This document shows, in pieces, positions 44,142-60,721 of a stretch of DNA of 64,000 nt. The stretch lies in the NCBI RefSeq assembly GCF_009914755.1, contig NC_060926.1. One strand, 5' to 3'. This DNA comes from the human T2T-CHM13v2.0 reference genome, Homo sapiens. Position 1 is the stretch's first letter, and every line of letters starts with the position of its first letter. Both the position numbers and the translations under genes were made by a program. The notes under the pieces are model-generated. The model saw only the letters and a list, made by a program, of their open reading frames with translations, searched no databases and was not told where the DNA came from.

Positions 44142-47100
44142 TTGATTTATTTCTTTAAAAGAAAGAGCAACTTGACATAAACTCTACCTGAAATTCTGTA
44201 GTCTCTTAAGTGAGCAATATCTTCTCTCTGCCATTTGGCATAAAAGCTACCCAAGGCTATATAATAATATTCACATCTAACACTGCAAAAGCCTTTTCAA
44301 GATAGGCTTTCTTATAACTTTTCAAGAATGGAGACTGAGTTTAGTATGCATTATTTAAATATTTGAAAGTTAGATTAATGGAGAAATTAAGTGTTAATAA
44401 AAGGGTTATTATTACCAAATCATACCTAACAAAGTACACATTTTATTATCTTAACAGCTGACAACAGTGCTTCTTTTAGGAAAGAAATACTTTTTGTTTG
44501 GGAAAAGACTTGGAAAAGTCTCTTAAGGTAGAAGGTAAGGCCTCATAGCATCAAAAAGAAGGCTAAACTGCTCTGCAAGAGACAGGGAAATAACTGTTTT
44601 TTCTTTCTCCTAAAAGGGAGAGGGAAGAGAGAGAGGTCTCATGGTGATGGCAGGAGCTCAGAGAGAACACCAGAAATCTGCAAAAATCATAAGGAGGGTT
44701 TTGGCTTCCCCATATGAAACCTTCACATGCAACTGAAGGTTTACAGCAACTATTTCACTCTTGAAGGGTCTGGACACTCAGCTGACACTTGGGTTAGACA
44801 TATTAAAATATTACTTCACAAGGGCAGTTGCTGTCAATAATTTATATTCCAGGATATTAATAAAATATAGTTACCATATTTTTTATTTTTCAACAGAAAA
44901 TTATGTCCTTTTGACTAAAGTAACGATTAAAAAAGGAAAAAAAACAAGTATAGGTCTTCAAAAATGAGGAATGCAGAGTAAATGGCATCATAGAATTCAT
45001 GGATTTCCTGTTCTCTTAACCAAAAATGGGGGAATACATCTCAAGCAGAGGCATTTTATACAATAGAATCTGTGGGTACTAAAATATGTACTGTACTTCT
45101 AGAAACAAATAAATCCTTCCTGAACAAGTCAGAAAGAATTTTCTTTCAATGATGACTGGCAAAATTTAGGCGCTAGTTTCAATAAAAAGACACCATTGGC
45201 CGAAAACCTGGAAATACTTCACAGAAGATTAGAAACAGACTGAATAGATGACAATTGTGCTAACAGATTTAAGAATATTTCTGTATAATCTGCTCTTCAG
45301 AATTTATCCTCAAATCAAATAGCTAGGAAGACCCCTTGAAATGGCACTTTCACATAGCAGTAAGGAAAATACAAATTTTAAAAACAGCAACAAGTCAAGA
45401 AGAGGTAGAAAATCTATGTCCTCATTTCTCTTTGTCCTCTCTAACAATAAAACACAAATTTGCTTTTGGTGGCTTAAGATGACTCTAAATCCTTCAGTTA
45501 TTTAAAAATTATAGTCCTTAAGGCCTTCAGAAGCAGAAGTCCCCATATGATCAGTGTCAAAAGAAAAACTATAGGCAATATAGCTCTTCAAGTCAACGAA
45601 GTAATCAGTGGCACCAGGACGTGCAATCTTATATGACCAGAACAGAGGGTAACTTAAAATGGCGGTGAGTGATGGTCAGGATGGAGTATTATAAACACAT
45701 ATAATTCTAGATTTATTCTAGAATTATCTGCATATTAAAGACATACCTATTTTAGTAATGTAATTCTACTAGGCGAGAGACTTTCTAATTACAGTATGTT
45801 TAGACATAAGACTCATTGTTTTTCAAAACCAGTTGTCACAGACAACTCAAGGGCTTTGAAGATAAGGTTACTTTTTGAGGGAGAATTAACATGCAATAGA
45901 CGCCTTTGGTTTGCCCATGAACTTCAGGGCAAATAAGAACAGGTAAATTTTTTGAGATATGGCTACTGGCTATCTGCAATCCAGGAGGTTATTAGATTCA
46001 GAGCTTGAAGGCTATAATAAATAGGAGGCTGTGGAAATTTGAGAACTCTCTTCCTCTACCTGCGTTTAATGGCTATTCTCCCCAGTTCTTCAGGATTCTC
46101 TCATGGGCCCTCTCTCTCTCCTTCTCTCCTCTGGAATCTCATCTACTTCAAAGGCCTCAATTTCCAACTACACTATAGTTACTCTCCAAGTCTCTATCTT
46201 CAACCCAAATTGGCATTTTGTGATTTTATACTGGAAATCTCAGTATCAATTTATAATCATTACCATAAATCCACCACATTCTAAACTGAACTCATTTTTC
46301 CTTCTCCCATTAAATATTTTTCTTTTTCTGCTTCACTAACTAGTTGATATCACCAATTCACCTGATCAGCAGAGCCAAAAATCTAAGAGTCATCCTTCCT
46401 TTCCTAAATACCTGCTTTCTATATAGTCACCAGTTCTGTCAATTTATTTTTCAAGCCTATTGCTACGGCCCTAGTTTAATCCTTCTCTGTCCGTGGCCAT
46501 AGTTTCCTACCGTGTCCTCCAGTCTTAACCCTCTCTACTCTGAGCTGATGTGGCTCTTAGAACGCATACTGCTATTCTGCACACCCTCCCTACTCTCAGC
46601 ATACCGGTCCTTATGCTTCAAATGTCCTCTACCTCTAAATGTACACACAAACCTAGCAACTTGGTTTTTCATGCAGACTTTCTTATAAGGGAAAAATATA
46701 CTAACTCTATGGGGACCCAAATATGTAGTCCACTTGGCAGTTGTACTGTATATCAAGATCACACATCCTGGCTTATTTATTATTCTTTAATGTATTTGAT
46801 TAGTGTATCATTTTCTCAGGGCCTTATCAACTCAGTACAGTGAGAAAACTTCAGTTTCCAGACCTACACAATTGAAGAGGAGACACCACTACCCTGTGAA
46901 ACTTTTCCTAAGCAAAAGGAACTAGCTCTTTGACACTGAAAGCAAAAATCAAAACATTTTAGTGAAATTCGTGCCTTTACTGAACAATAAAACAAACGAA
47001 ACTAGCACTCCGAAGGTTTTGAAGACCAGCTAATGATGGTAAACAATTTATGATAAAGACACAAGGGCCTTCTGTGTTTCAAATGAAATGCATATGATAA

Positions 47101-48469
47101 AGAAATATGTTCTCAATTCTGTTGCAAATCAGTCTTTCCTAATAATAGTTAGCTGATTGAGTACTTACTAGGTGCCAGGCATCATGTTAAATGCTTTCTG
47201 TGTATGATTACCTCCTTTAATCCTCACAATTCCATGAGGTGAATGTTATTACTGTCATCATTTTACAGACAAGAAAATTAAGGCTTAGAGGTTAATTACT
47301 TGTCCATACTAAGAGCCAGGAATAAAACCCAACTATGTTTTTCCAAAGCTGAGGCCTCTATCCTCTGAGCTTTACTAGCAAGGGACTGGAGTGTGAGGAT
47401 AGTAGTGTGTGTGTAGTTTGCAAAAGCCTCAGATAATTCTACTACAATCCTATGTCTCTACTCCACTTTTTAAAAACACATAGTGGTTACTGAATATAGA
47501 AGAAGAAGAAAAAAAACAAGTAATCCGCTCCCCCCAACCATTTGTTCTTGAGCAATTTATATTTGCTTTTAGAAATGACTTATCTGGTTCCAGAGTTGGG
47601 TGTATTTACAGTGAGGCAGAATAATCTGTGTGTGTGTTGTATGTACATCACACAATTCTTAATGAGACAACTCCAAATCTGACTTTGGTTCTGTTTTTAA
47701 GTGGGTAATTCTACAATATCAAGAAAATAATACAGATGTATTACCATAAATTGGGAAGCATTCTGTTACTTGTTTTGAACTGCTAAAAGTAGTAAATGGA
47801 ACATAGATAAAAAATAAATCTCTATTCCAATAAATTAAGTCTACCTCTATCTTAGTATCTGGCAAATGACAGGCATTCAATAAATATCTGTTAAATGAAT
47901 GAATCAGGCTGTAGTCAAATTACATCCTTGTAGTCTATAGTAGGGAGGAAAATGAACTGCATAGGAATATGAGACTGTTAGAACATGTGGAAATGGAAAG
48001 CTTTCTTAGCCTAATTTACAAAAGTCTACATAGGTCTCTCATGGGTATCAGTAAAGTAGGTGTACGTGCAGGGCTATACCAACTAAGCTCATCGGTTACT
48101 TTGAAGGTGCAAACATTCCCTAGAGATGGGATTGACAACATGGTGGCAAAAATACCACAGAATCTTTAATACTTTTTTTTTTTGTGGTTTTCCATGGTTT
48201 TCTTATTTTAAAAAACATTGATGGTAAGATGTTTTCCTCCTGAAGTTAACACATGATAACGAGGAAAGTCCAATAAACTGCCATGGGAGGAAAAAAAAAG
48301 TCCTTAGGCCAGACAGAAAATAATTTGATGACTCAGGATCATTACTAAGAAGAGCAATTACTGTATTATAATATAATGACTACAGTGATATCCTCCAGGA
48401 TTATAAACTTTTAAAGAGCTTTTTCTGGGTGGTGTAGCCAAGATGGCAAAATAGAAAATAACCTGCTCA

Positions 48470-48904
48470 AATGTCCAACAATGATAGACTGGATTAAGAA
48501 AATGTGGCACATATACACCATGGAATACTATGCAGCCATAAAAAATGATGAGTTCATGTCCTTTGTAGGGACATGGATGAAATTGGAAATCATCATTCTC
48601 AGTAAACTATCGCAAGGACAAAAAACCAAACACCGCATGTTCTCACTCATAGATGGGAATTGAACAATGAGAAAACATGGACACAGGAAGGGGAACATCA
48701 CACTCTGGGGACTGTTGTGGGGTGGGGGGAGGGGGGAGGGATAGCATTAGGAGATATACCTAATGCTAAATGATGAGTTAATGGGTGCAGCACACCAGCA
48801 TGGCACATGTATACATATGTAACTAACCTGCACATTGTGCACATGTACCCTAAAACTTAAAGTATTAAAAAAAAAAAGTGCCTCTTAAAGAAGAAAAAAG
48901 AAAA
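48470..48904 (+). mobile_element. 5'-truncated young L1PA 3' end
   Basis: ORF2 C-terminus (..WMKLEIIILSKLSQGQKTKHRMFSLI), G-rich 3'UTR, A tail; TSD agaaaataacc(t/c)gctca at 48453-48469 and 48905-48921. Confidence 0.93.
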
Positions 48905-49502
48905 AGAAAATAACCCGCTCATATGTGACCCCAACAAGTCTGCACCCATCCATAGTTAAAGAGCTCTTTCTCCCTATAGTAAATAATCCCAAATTGCTAT
49001 TTTTTTTTTAAGATTTTAAGCCCATTTCTAATTTTGTTTCCTCCCTCACTGTGAGGCTATCAACTACTACACTTTACTGTTGCTAGCTTGCCTCTCCCCT
49101 TTCTAACTCGCTGTTGGCTGAGAAACCAGATAAGCAGGTTATCAGAACACCCATAAGGTGTCTGTTTGACTGAACTCCAGGACCTGTTTTTCTGCCCTTG
49201 GCTGATTTCCCAAATACCTCTTTCTTTCATCCCTCCAGCACCAGGGATTTAGCTGGCTTTCTCCTCCTCCTTTGGCACTGTCAGCAAGTGCTTTTCTCAC
49301 CTGGTATTCTTTTACCTAGCCTAGCTATGAACATGAACACACTCTGTCCTTTCTTAACTGTCTCCCTAGAAAAGACAGCTCTTCCTCTATTCTTTTGTGA
49401 GAATTTTACTGTTAATTGCTAGGGGAAATATAAAGTGGATTATAAATATGGAAAAAAGGTTTAGGAAATCTTAACATCCCTCACTGTAATTTTTGCTTTT
49501 AA

Positions 49503-49628
49503 CCCATTTATGCCTACTGTTCCATTATTGGAATGCTAAGCTTGTGGGAGTCATATCCTACTGCTCAAGGTCATCGCCAAAGTCTGATTTTTCACACAAA
49601 AAAATTTGCAACCTCTGGCATAAATGGG
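49503..49628 (+). mobile_element. MER85 (piggyBac PGBD3-derived MITE)
   Basis: TTAA on both sides (49499-49502, 49629-49632); terminal inverted repeats CCCATTTATGCC / GGCATAAATGGG; internal palindrome GTTCCATTATTGGAAT. Confidence 0.92.
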
Positions 49629-50421
49629 TTAATCAGTGTTTATTGATTCCCTTTCTTGGATGATCCCAGAAGATGGCTGCCCACTAGTCATTTTTCCCTC
49701 ACTACACTGCAAGTTCCTCAAAGGAAGGGACCTTATTTTTGTTATGTCCAAAACCTAACAGCAACTGACACACAGTAGTCTTGCAAAATACGTGCCTACT
49801 ACCTAGAAGCTTAATCATTAAAAATATCAATACACTGAGTTACAGAAGTAATTTAATGAACAAAGTTGATATTAATACATTTTCAATACAACATCAACTA
49901 AATGAATTGCCTTGAAAAACACAGTTAAGCTAAGATTGAATATTCTAAAGAAAAACACTTATGTGCTTTATGAAAAAATCTGCATAAAAGAGTTTGGTGT
50001 TAAAAGGGTGCTTTATCATTTTTATAGCAATGACACACTATACACTTTTCTGTAATAACTAAAAAGAACTAGTTGTCAGTCTCATAGGAAAGCCAAAACT
50101 CAACATTCATTTGGCTCATTGCTTAGTTTTATCACAATTTCCACTAAGAGCATTTGCAGCTGATCATGAATGCATTTAAAATAAGCCCCACATCAAATGA
50201 GAAATGGTCAGATATCTTCTTTTAAAAACTCACAATTGCTAATAAAAGCTTCATTTGTAGTCTTTCAATTTTGTAACTAAAAATAAAACAAAGGCAAATT
50301 CAGTGGTTTGGCCTAGTACTTGCTGAGAAAGTTAAGAATGGTTGAAATGTTTTTTTAGTTGTTAAATTACATGCTTTGGGAACAGTAGTAGCATCTCAGA
50401 AGCATTTTAGTTGGTTTCTAG

Positions 50422-50775
<354 letters not shown>

Positions 50776-50893
50776 GATGGTGTGCTCTTTCTAAACCAAC
50801 AAACTTCCTTTTGTTTCAACTTACACCACTGGCCTGAATAACCCCAAAGAGAGGTAGGTGCCTATAGTGGAAAGCGATACGAGCAGAGAGCAA

Positions 50894-51237
<344 letters not shown>

Positions 51238-51749
51238 TTACAAAAATGATGAATTTTTGAGCAATCAATTTTCTAAATTGACTTGCATTTTAAACATAAA
51301 GAGGCAGTTAACTTCTGAAAAGGTCACAACACCATGTGGAATAGGGATGAGGCAAATTCAGTCATCAACTGTGGGCCTCACTCCACAGGCACGCCCCCCA
51401 TTATCCTCTTAAACATCCTTTCTTTTCTGAGACAATTCCATACCACATCTTTTCTCACTTATCTCTGACCCTCTATCTGTTCTCCATTTCTCTTATTCTC
51501 ATTCCTCCCACTGATAAATCCATGTAATCTATAGCTAGCTTTCGCTCCAAACTGAGAATTATGGACAAACATAATCTCAGTTATGCACTTGCACACTTGT
51601 TGATCAGAGTGTAAATTAGTATTCCTCTTAGAGAAAGAACTGGGTGGCTGGAAGACAGAAAGGAGAGAGAAACTTACTTTTTATTATATACCTTTCAATT
51701 TTTCTACCATGTGTATATGTATACCCAGTTAAAAAGTAATTAAATATAA

Positions 51750-53420
<1,671 letters not shown>

Positions 53421-56185
53421 TGTAATAATATATTTGTAATAATATACAAAATTATAATATATGTGTGAAAGAAACAAATTAGATGCCAAGTTAGAGAACA
53501 AAGGTAGGCAGAGGAGGCTACTTTACTTTTTCTTGAAAGGAAAGAGAGGGTGCCATTTTCTCTCTCCTCCTTGCTGATCAGAAGAGGAATATAATATGCC
53601 AGAAGCTCAAGCAACTCCATAAATAATTGGTGTTGAAATGAACTATTAGCTAAACTGGTGGGGGAATTCTTTCACCATTAACATGCACAATTCATCAACT
53701 CCATTGTTACACAATAGAGTATAACACTCTTAAATTAGACTCTATTTAATCATTCCTTCCTTTTTTGTGACTTGTCAAAAAGCTTTCTAAAAAGAAAGAA
53801 CTCAAAGTTTGGCAAACACTGACAAATAAATATAGATAAGCTCCAAGGACCTCAAGGATCTTTACAAAATGAATTCGTTCCACTGCTATACCACCAGCAG
53901 ACTTTGTACGCTCATTTTCTAGCATGAATAAACCACAATACGGGGTAGTTAAACAGGGTATCTTCAAGAGGTTATGTGAGTCAGTAGTAAAGCTAAGAAT
54001 AAAGCTAGAACATCACTTATATATAAATATTAAGCAGCCAGTTGAAAAAGAAAATTTCAATACAATGACCTCAATTAACAACTGGTCAAACAGCTGTTCA
54101 TTGAACAGCTTTCAACAAATGCCACTTGAATTAAACCAAAAGTACTAAAAAAAGATAAATAGTAGTATACAACAGCCTCTGCCCAAAGGGAGGTTAAAGA
54201 TTTAAGAAGTCTAAGCTCCAAAAGGGACAGCTCTAATGATCTGGATTAGATCTAATATCCAATGAGCTAAGAAATCTAAGAAAATAAGATAGTACCAGAT
54301 AATAAATATTTGATGAGTGTTACAACAGAATTGTCGGGAGAGAGCTCTTTTCTAGCTGAGGTGGTCTGGCTTCACACAGGATGTAAGATTTAAGTGGACT
54401 CCCTAAGGAGGAAAAGATTTGGATAGGTGAGGAGACTATCTGGTAGGAGAAAATAATAATGATAATATCCAACAGCAAGTAGCAGACAGAGCCAGGTTGG
54501 CAGCATATACAGACCAATTTGAGTGGGAAGAATTATGGGGAAGGTATTTGGAGATTTAAATTTGACTAGTTCAGATTAAGAAGTCTGAACTTGATCCTGC
54601 AGGGAACACATTTCTAAATAGAAGTGACATTTGAGAGAAATAAATGTAAATGCAGGATGCAGGATAAATTTTGGAATGGAGAGATTAGAGACAAAAATAA
54701 TTAGAAAATTTTATCACATTTACGCATGGATTATTTTAATAAAGGTATAAACTAGGTGAATGGAAATTTTAAGAAGGATTTACGGGTTTGTGAGATAGTG
54801 AAAACAGGACCTGTTAACTGATGAGTTGGGGATAGATGAACTTTTTCCTCTCCTAAAAGATAACTACATCTGGCATATGCCTCAATTACTCAGGCTTGAA
54901 ACCTTACAACTTCTCTTGCCCCTCACTCCCCGAGAATTCTCTTCCCCAGACATTTCCCCTCCCTGCAAACTAGCTTCTCCATCTTCCCCAACCACACAAC
55001 ATATTCCAGCCAAAAGAAAGAACTGCATTTACTAGCTTCCTAGACACACCAGGAAATTCTCAGTCCTGTAACTCTGTCCATGCTATTTCTTCTAATTTTA
55101 ATGTCCTCTCCCCATTCTACATATCCAAATTCTAGCCATGCTTCCCACACCAGCTCAATGCCACTTTTCCCAACAGGCCTTCCCAGAAACCCCAACTTGA
55201 AGGAGGTATTGCCTCCGAACACTTTCTGCTCTTCTCTAAAACAGTTTTTAAAACCTTAGAGCTGTTCCTTATCTCCTCTGATAAACTGCATGCCTCTTAC
55301 AGCAAACATACTTATTTTTGTATTACTCTGCCCTCTTTTCACAAATAAAGAGCTAGATAAATATCATATAGCAACAGCACAGTGTAAAGCCAAGAACACA
55401 GACTCTAAAGACAGACTGAGTTTGAATCTTAACTCTGCTGCCTGTTAGCTATGTGATCTTGGACAAGCTACTTAATCTCTCTGTGCTTCAGTATGTTTAC
55501 GTTTAAAATGAATAGTAGGTATTTCAAAAGGTTGTCAAAGAATTTGGCTTAAATCTGTGTCAGCACCATAAAAGTGTCTATTAAATACATAAGATCACTT
55601 TTTAGAGTGGAAAAATCTGAATATTCTGATAGTTGTATAAAGCTTTATGATCTATACAAGGAAAAGCAAAATGTCAAAATAAAGACAGCCTCTGGGTACA
55701 AACAGCTATATACAAATTCTTTCCCTATCTTCTTATGTACACCCTAAGGGTTAGCTGTGCCCTTTATAATGTTATATTAACAGTGGCTCTGTTTTAGTTA
55801 GACATTTCAATATTCTGGGAAAACTGTTAGTTCAGCATCCTGTGGCACTAGCTACCTTGGTTACCTTGTCTCCGGTCTTATTACCTTTCATTTATCCTTT
55901 ACAAGTCTTAGTCTTTCTAAAATGCAAATCTAATGCTTTTCCACTGCTACAAACCACCTCCATCCCATCTTCCTTAGGATAAAGTTTAAGCCCCTTGGCA
56001 TCTCATGTAAAATCTTCCTAATCCAGCCCCAGCCTAGTCTCCAGTTTCATTTCTCTCAACATTTATCTCTTCACCAAAAAACCTCAATCACCTAACCACA
56101 GCTTAAAGGCTTTTTGTATGTCAACTTCTATCACCTAACCACAGCTTAAAGCCTTTTTGTATGTCATTCCTTTTGCCTAGAACAC

Positions 56186-56571
56186 CTATTTGTTAGTTTG
56201 CTAGGGGTTCCATAAAAAACTACCACAGACTGGGTGGCTTCAACAACAGAAATTTATTTTTTCACAATACTGGAGTCTGGAAGTCCAAAATCAAGGTGTT
56301 GGCAGGTTGGTTTCTCCTGAGGCCTCTCTCCTTGGTCTTCTTGATGAATCCTCACATGGTCTTTCCTTTGTGTGTGCAACTCCTGTGTCTCTTTTTGTGC
56401 TCAAATTTCCTTCTTATAAGGAAAACTGTCAGACTGGATTAGAACCCACCCTAACGGCTTCATCTGAACTTAATCACCCCAAAGCCCTGTCTCCAAATAC
56501 AGTCACATTCTGAGGTTACGGCTGTTAGGGCTTCAATATAATTTTGGGAGGACACAATTCAGCCCATAACA
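56186..56571. mobile_element. MaLR MLT1A-like solo LTR within L2 remnants
   Basis: taccacagactgggtggcttcaacaacagaaattt...cacaattcagcccataaca. Confidence 0.8.
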
Positions 56572-57527
56572 ACCCCTTCCCCTTTTCTCTGCCCAGGCTA
56601 ATTCCCATTTGTTTTCCCAAGACTGGTCCAAGCCTTCCCACTCCAGAGTAACTTCAGTGTTCTTTCTCTGTGCTCCCAAAGTACCTCGGCAAGCTGTGAT
56701 CCCATTGCTCAACACACTATGTTAATTGTCTCTTTCCTTCTTCAAACTACATTCCTTAAGAGCAAAGACTAAATTCCTAGCATTGGCACAGTGTGTGGCA
56801 CACAGAAGGTGTTTAATAAAGATTTGATCACTGAAGGAAAATGAAAGAAAGAACAGGAACCTTGAAGTACGACAAGCATGGGTTCAAATCCTGATTCCAC
56901 AGTTTACTTATCTGTGACTCTGAGCAAGTCATTACATGCTGAACTTCCATTTTAAATAAGGTAGTTGTAAAGACAAATGACTAACTCATAATGAAAGCAC
57001 CCAGCTGTGGGGCTGGTACACAGTAGGTTCTCAATAAATGTTAGATTACAGATTTTGATCTTGTCTTCTCTGACACTCAGTACTACCATGTAGTAGCTAC
57101 ATGACCTTTGGTATATTTACTATCTTCTCTTTGCTTTAGTTGCCTATCTATAAAAACACCTCAGTGCTATTGTGAGGATAAGTTAATATAGGTAAAACAT
57201 TATCTAACACATAGTATTACATAAATGTTTCCTATTATTATAAGAACACTGCAGATCTGAACAGATAATGACTCAACTATGAATAATTTAGTTCTTTTAA
57301 TTACTAAGTCATTTAAATGTGACTATTACCTTTTTGCCTCCTATTTCTTACCAACTAAACAGGATGGTAACTAAAGAGGTTCAAAACTGGTACAGATAAT
57401 ATAATGAGAGCTCACAATAAACATGAAATAAGACATTATCTGTCTCATTCCTTATACTGGTATTTAACATATTTGGGGCACTAAAGCAAAGAAAGTTTCA
57501 GTGGAGAATAACACTTCTCTGCTCGTA

Positions 57528-57770
57528 TTTTAATTTTTTTTAGAGATGGCGTCTCACTCTGTCACTCAAGCTGGAGTGCAGTGGTGCCATCATCGCTCAA
57601 GGGATCCTTTGATCTCAGCTGGCACTACAGGCACAAACAACCACACCCAGCTATTTTTTATTTTTGGTAGACATGGGGTTTTGCTATGTTGAACAGGCTG
57701 GTCTCAAGTCATCCTCCTGCCTCGGGCTCTCAAAGTGCTGAGATTACAGGTGTGAGTCACCACACCCAGC
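57528..57770 (-). mobile_element. AluJ (degraded)
   Basis: Reverse Alu with internal deletions. Confidence 0.8.
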
Positions 57771-58213
57771 AGGGTCATATTTTTATTTGCAGACTCACAA
57801 AACCTGTAAACTGAAAAGAACCTTTTGATAAAAGTCCAGTCTTATAATTTCTTACATAAGTGAGATGGATTTGGAATGGGCTTTTCGGGTCTTACTGAGC
57901 AGTTCAGTAAGAAATGGGAATTGTAGGCAGAGAGAATCAGTTTGTTCAAAAGTACTAAAGCAGGGGTTCAGGACTTATTCCAGATGTCCAAGGTGTGTGT
58001 TGGAACCAGTCTTAGACAATAACACTAGACAATCCTCTTTAACCACTCAACCTTTAAAGTCTATAATTTCTGAAGTACGTATTAGTTACCTGATCTGTGA
58101 CTTGGAAGCAAGGCAGATCTAGATTTAAATCTCCCCTTGTTACATAAGCAAGTCTTTGAGCCTCAGATTAGTGTGATAGGTTTGTTAAAGTGATTAAGTG
58201 AGCTAAAGTATGA

Positions 58214-58775
<562 letters not shown>

Positions 58776-58916
58776 AAATGTTGGTTCTTTCTAACAAACC
58801 TCTTCCATCATATGAATAAGTGTGTAAGATAACAAAACACTGTCTTTCACATGGTATGTGCTTGCTAAATGTCTGAGACTTGCTGGACATTATTTAATTT
58901 TAAAAATAGAAAACTG

Positions 58917-59265
<349 letters not shown>

Positions 59266-60132
59266 TTACCTCCAAATGTCCTTCACAATTTGTTTTTAAG
59301 TGTCATGTCACCACCATTAACCTGCTATTTGGAGACTACTGTACCTCAGACTTCCAAGTCAACAGCAAAGATCTAAAGGTCGGGAAGATTTACGGAGACC
59401 AAGAACTGAAAGTGTTCCTTTTGTTCCTATGGTCCATTCCATCAACTTGATGAATATCCTGTGAAGTTACCTTTTTTTTTTTTTTTTCTGACGTAGAAAC
59501 AGCAGGTCTAAGCAAAAGGTGCATGAGCAAGAGCAAGTAACATCCCTATTATTATGACGCAGATTTTTTTTTAAGTTGAAATTCAATTTTTGGGCTGCTA
59601 CTAAAAAGGACATGTGCGAATATCTATTATTTACGCTTCAAACTAAAGTCAGCCGTTTTTCTTTTTCAAGATATGTGGCATCTGGCTCAAAATCAATTGC
59701 AAGAAAAGCCCAACTCTATTTGACCCAGAAAGAGCTCTTTCCAATACCCTCTCCTCCCACTTACATCACAGATGGCGACTGAAGCTTAAGGTTTAATGCC
59801 CGACCCTAAAGCCACTCATCCTAAAAGACAGGGCTCCAGATGGATGCTGTATGGCAGAGGATAAGGCGCTATGAGAAGCTGCCAAGCCTCAGATGTGCAG
59901 CTGGGCTGAATACCGACGCCAGCGCCTAGCGCCCATTACTTTGCACCCACACTTAGGAAACAACCCACGCCTCACCGCGGGACCCGGACCCAGCCCTCCA
60001 GCACCCAGCCTCCGGCTCCGACGTCCGCGCGTGACCTCCGGGTACCGGAGGACCTTGGGACGAGGAGGTCCCTCCGCTTTCCGGGGAAGTTGTCAAGGGC
60101 AAGTTCGGGTTCTGCGCGGACAGCTTACTCAC

Positions 60133-60330
60133 TGGAGTGGTTCGGCATCCTCTGTCGTCCGCCCGCGCTTCCTCAGGAAGCCCCTAATGCAGCGGCAGCC
60201 TGAAAGCAGCAGCCGAAGCTGCTGCCGCTGCTCCCACTGCCAGCAACCGCCCGGGCGTGGCAGGGACAGGCGGGCGACTTCACAACATCATCACTCGGCG
60301 ACCTCGGTTCTGCGGCGACACCGGGTCAAT
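60133..60330 (-). other. TRAK2: TRAK2 exon 1 (non-coding; TSS end approximate)
   Basis: Lies in the CpG island. The minus-strand donor CCACTCCA|GTGAGT is at 60133/60132 and joins exon 2 as ...ccactcca|gtcatgac..., matching my recollection of the TRAK2 leader. The 5' end cannot be determined from sequence. Confidence 0.75.
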
Positions 60331-60405
60331 GGCAGCCCCCACACAATTGGGGAAGCCAAAGGAGAGCCACTCTCCCAGCGGCCTCCACGGCCCCAGCGCA
60401 AGACC

Positions 60406-60423
60406 TGCTGGGAATTGTAGTTT
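60406..60423 (-). promoter_or_regulatory. ZNF143/THAP11(Ronin)-HCFC1 composite motif AAACTACAATTCCCAGCA
   Basis: Matches the ACTACAnnTCCCA motif typical of bidirectional promoters; lies between the two first exons and next to GC boxes at about 60428-60460. Confidence 0.85.
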
Positions 60424-60519
60424 CCTGCCCGCCCCGCCTCAAGCTCGAAGGCCCCGCCTTCTCGCTGCCCAGCCCCGGGGAGGGAGGCGGGGCCGCGACC
60501 CCGGCGCGGGTGGGGCGAA

Positions 60520-60721
60520 TGCGTTCCCAGCGGGTAGCCTGGGGCTGGTGCAGAGTTCCAAGCCCACGGCCCCGGTCGCGGCCTCGCCGCCCTCCCGCGC
60601 CCCGCGCCGGGAGCGGGCCTAGAGCGCTCGCCTCGCCCCTCCGCGAGCAGGGCTCTGGCGCCCGCCCCTGTCCGCACCGCTGGCAGCCTGAAGAGAGTCG
60701 CTGGCCGTGGTCGCCGCTAGG
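60520..60721 (+). other. STRADB: STRADB exon 1 (non-coding; start approximate)
   Basis: GC-rich exon ending GCTAGG|GTAAAG; consistent with my recollection of the STRADB leader ...cgctagg|taggatat... Confidence 0.7.
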
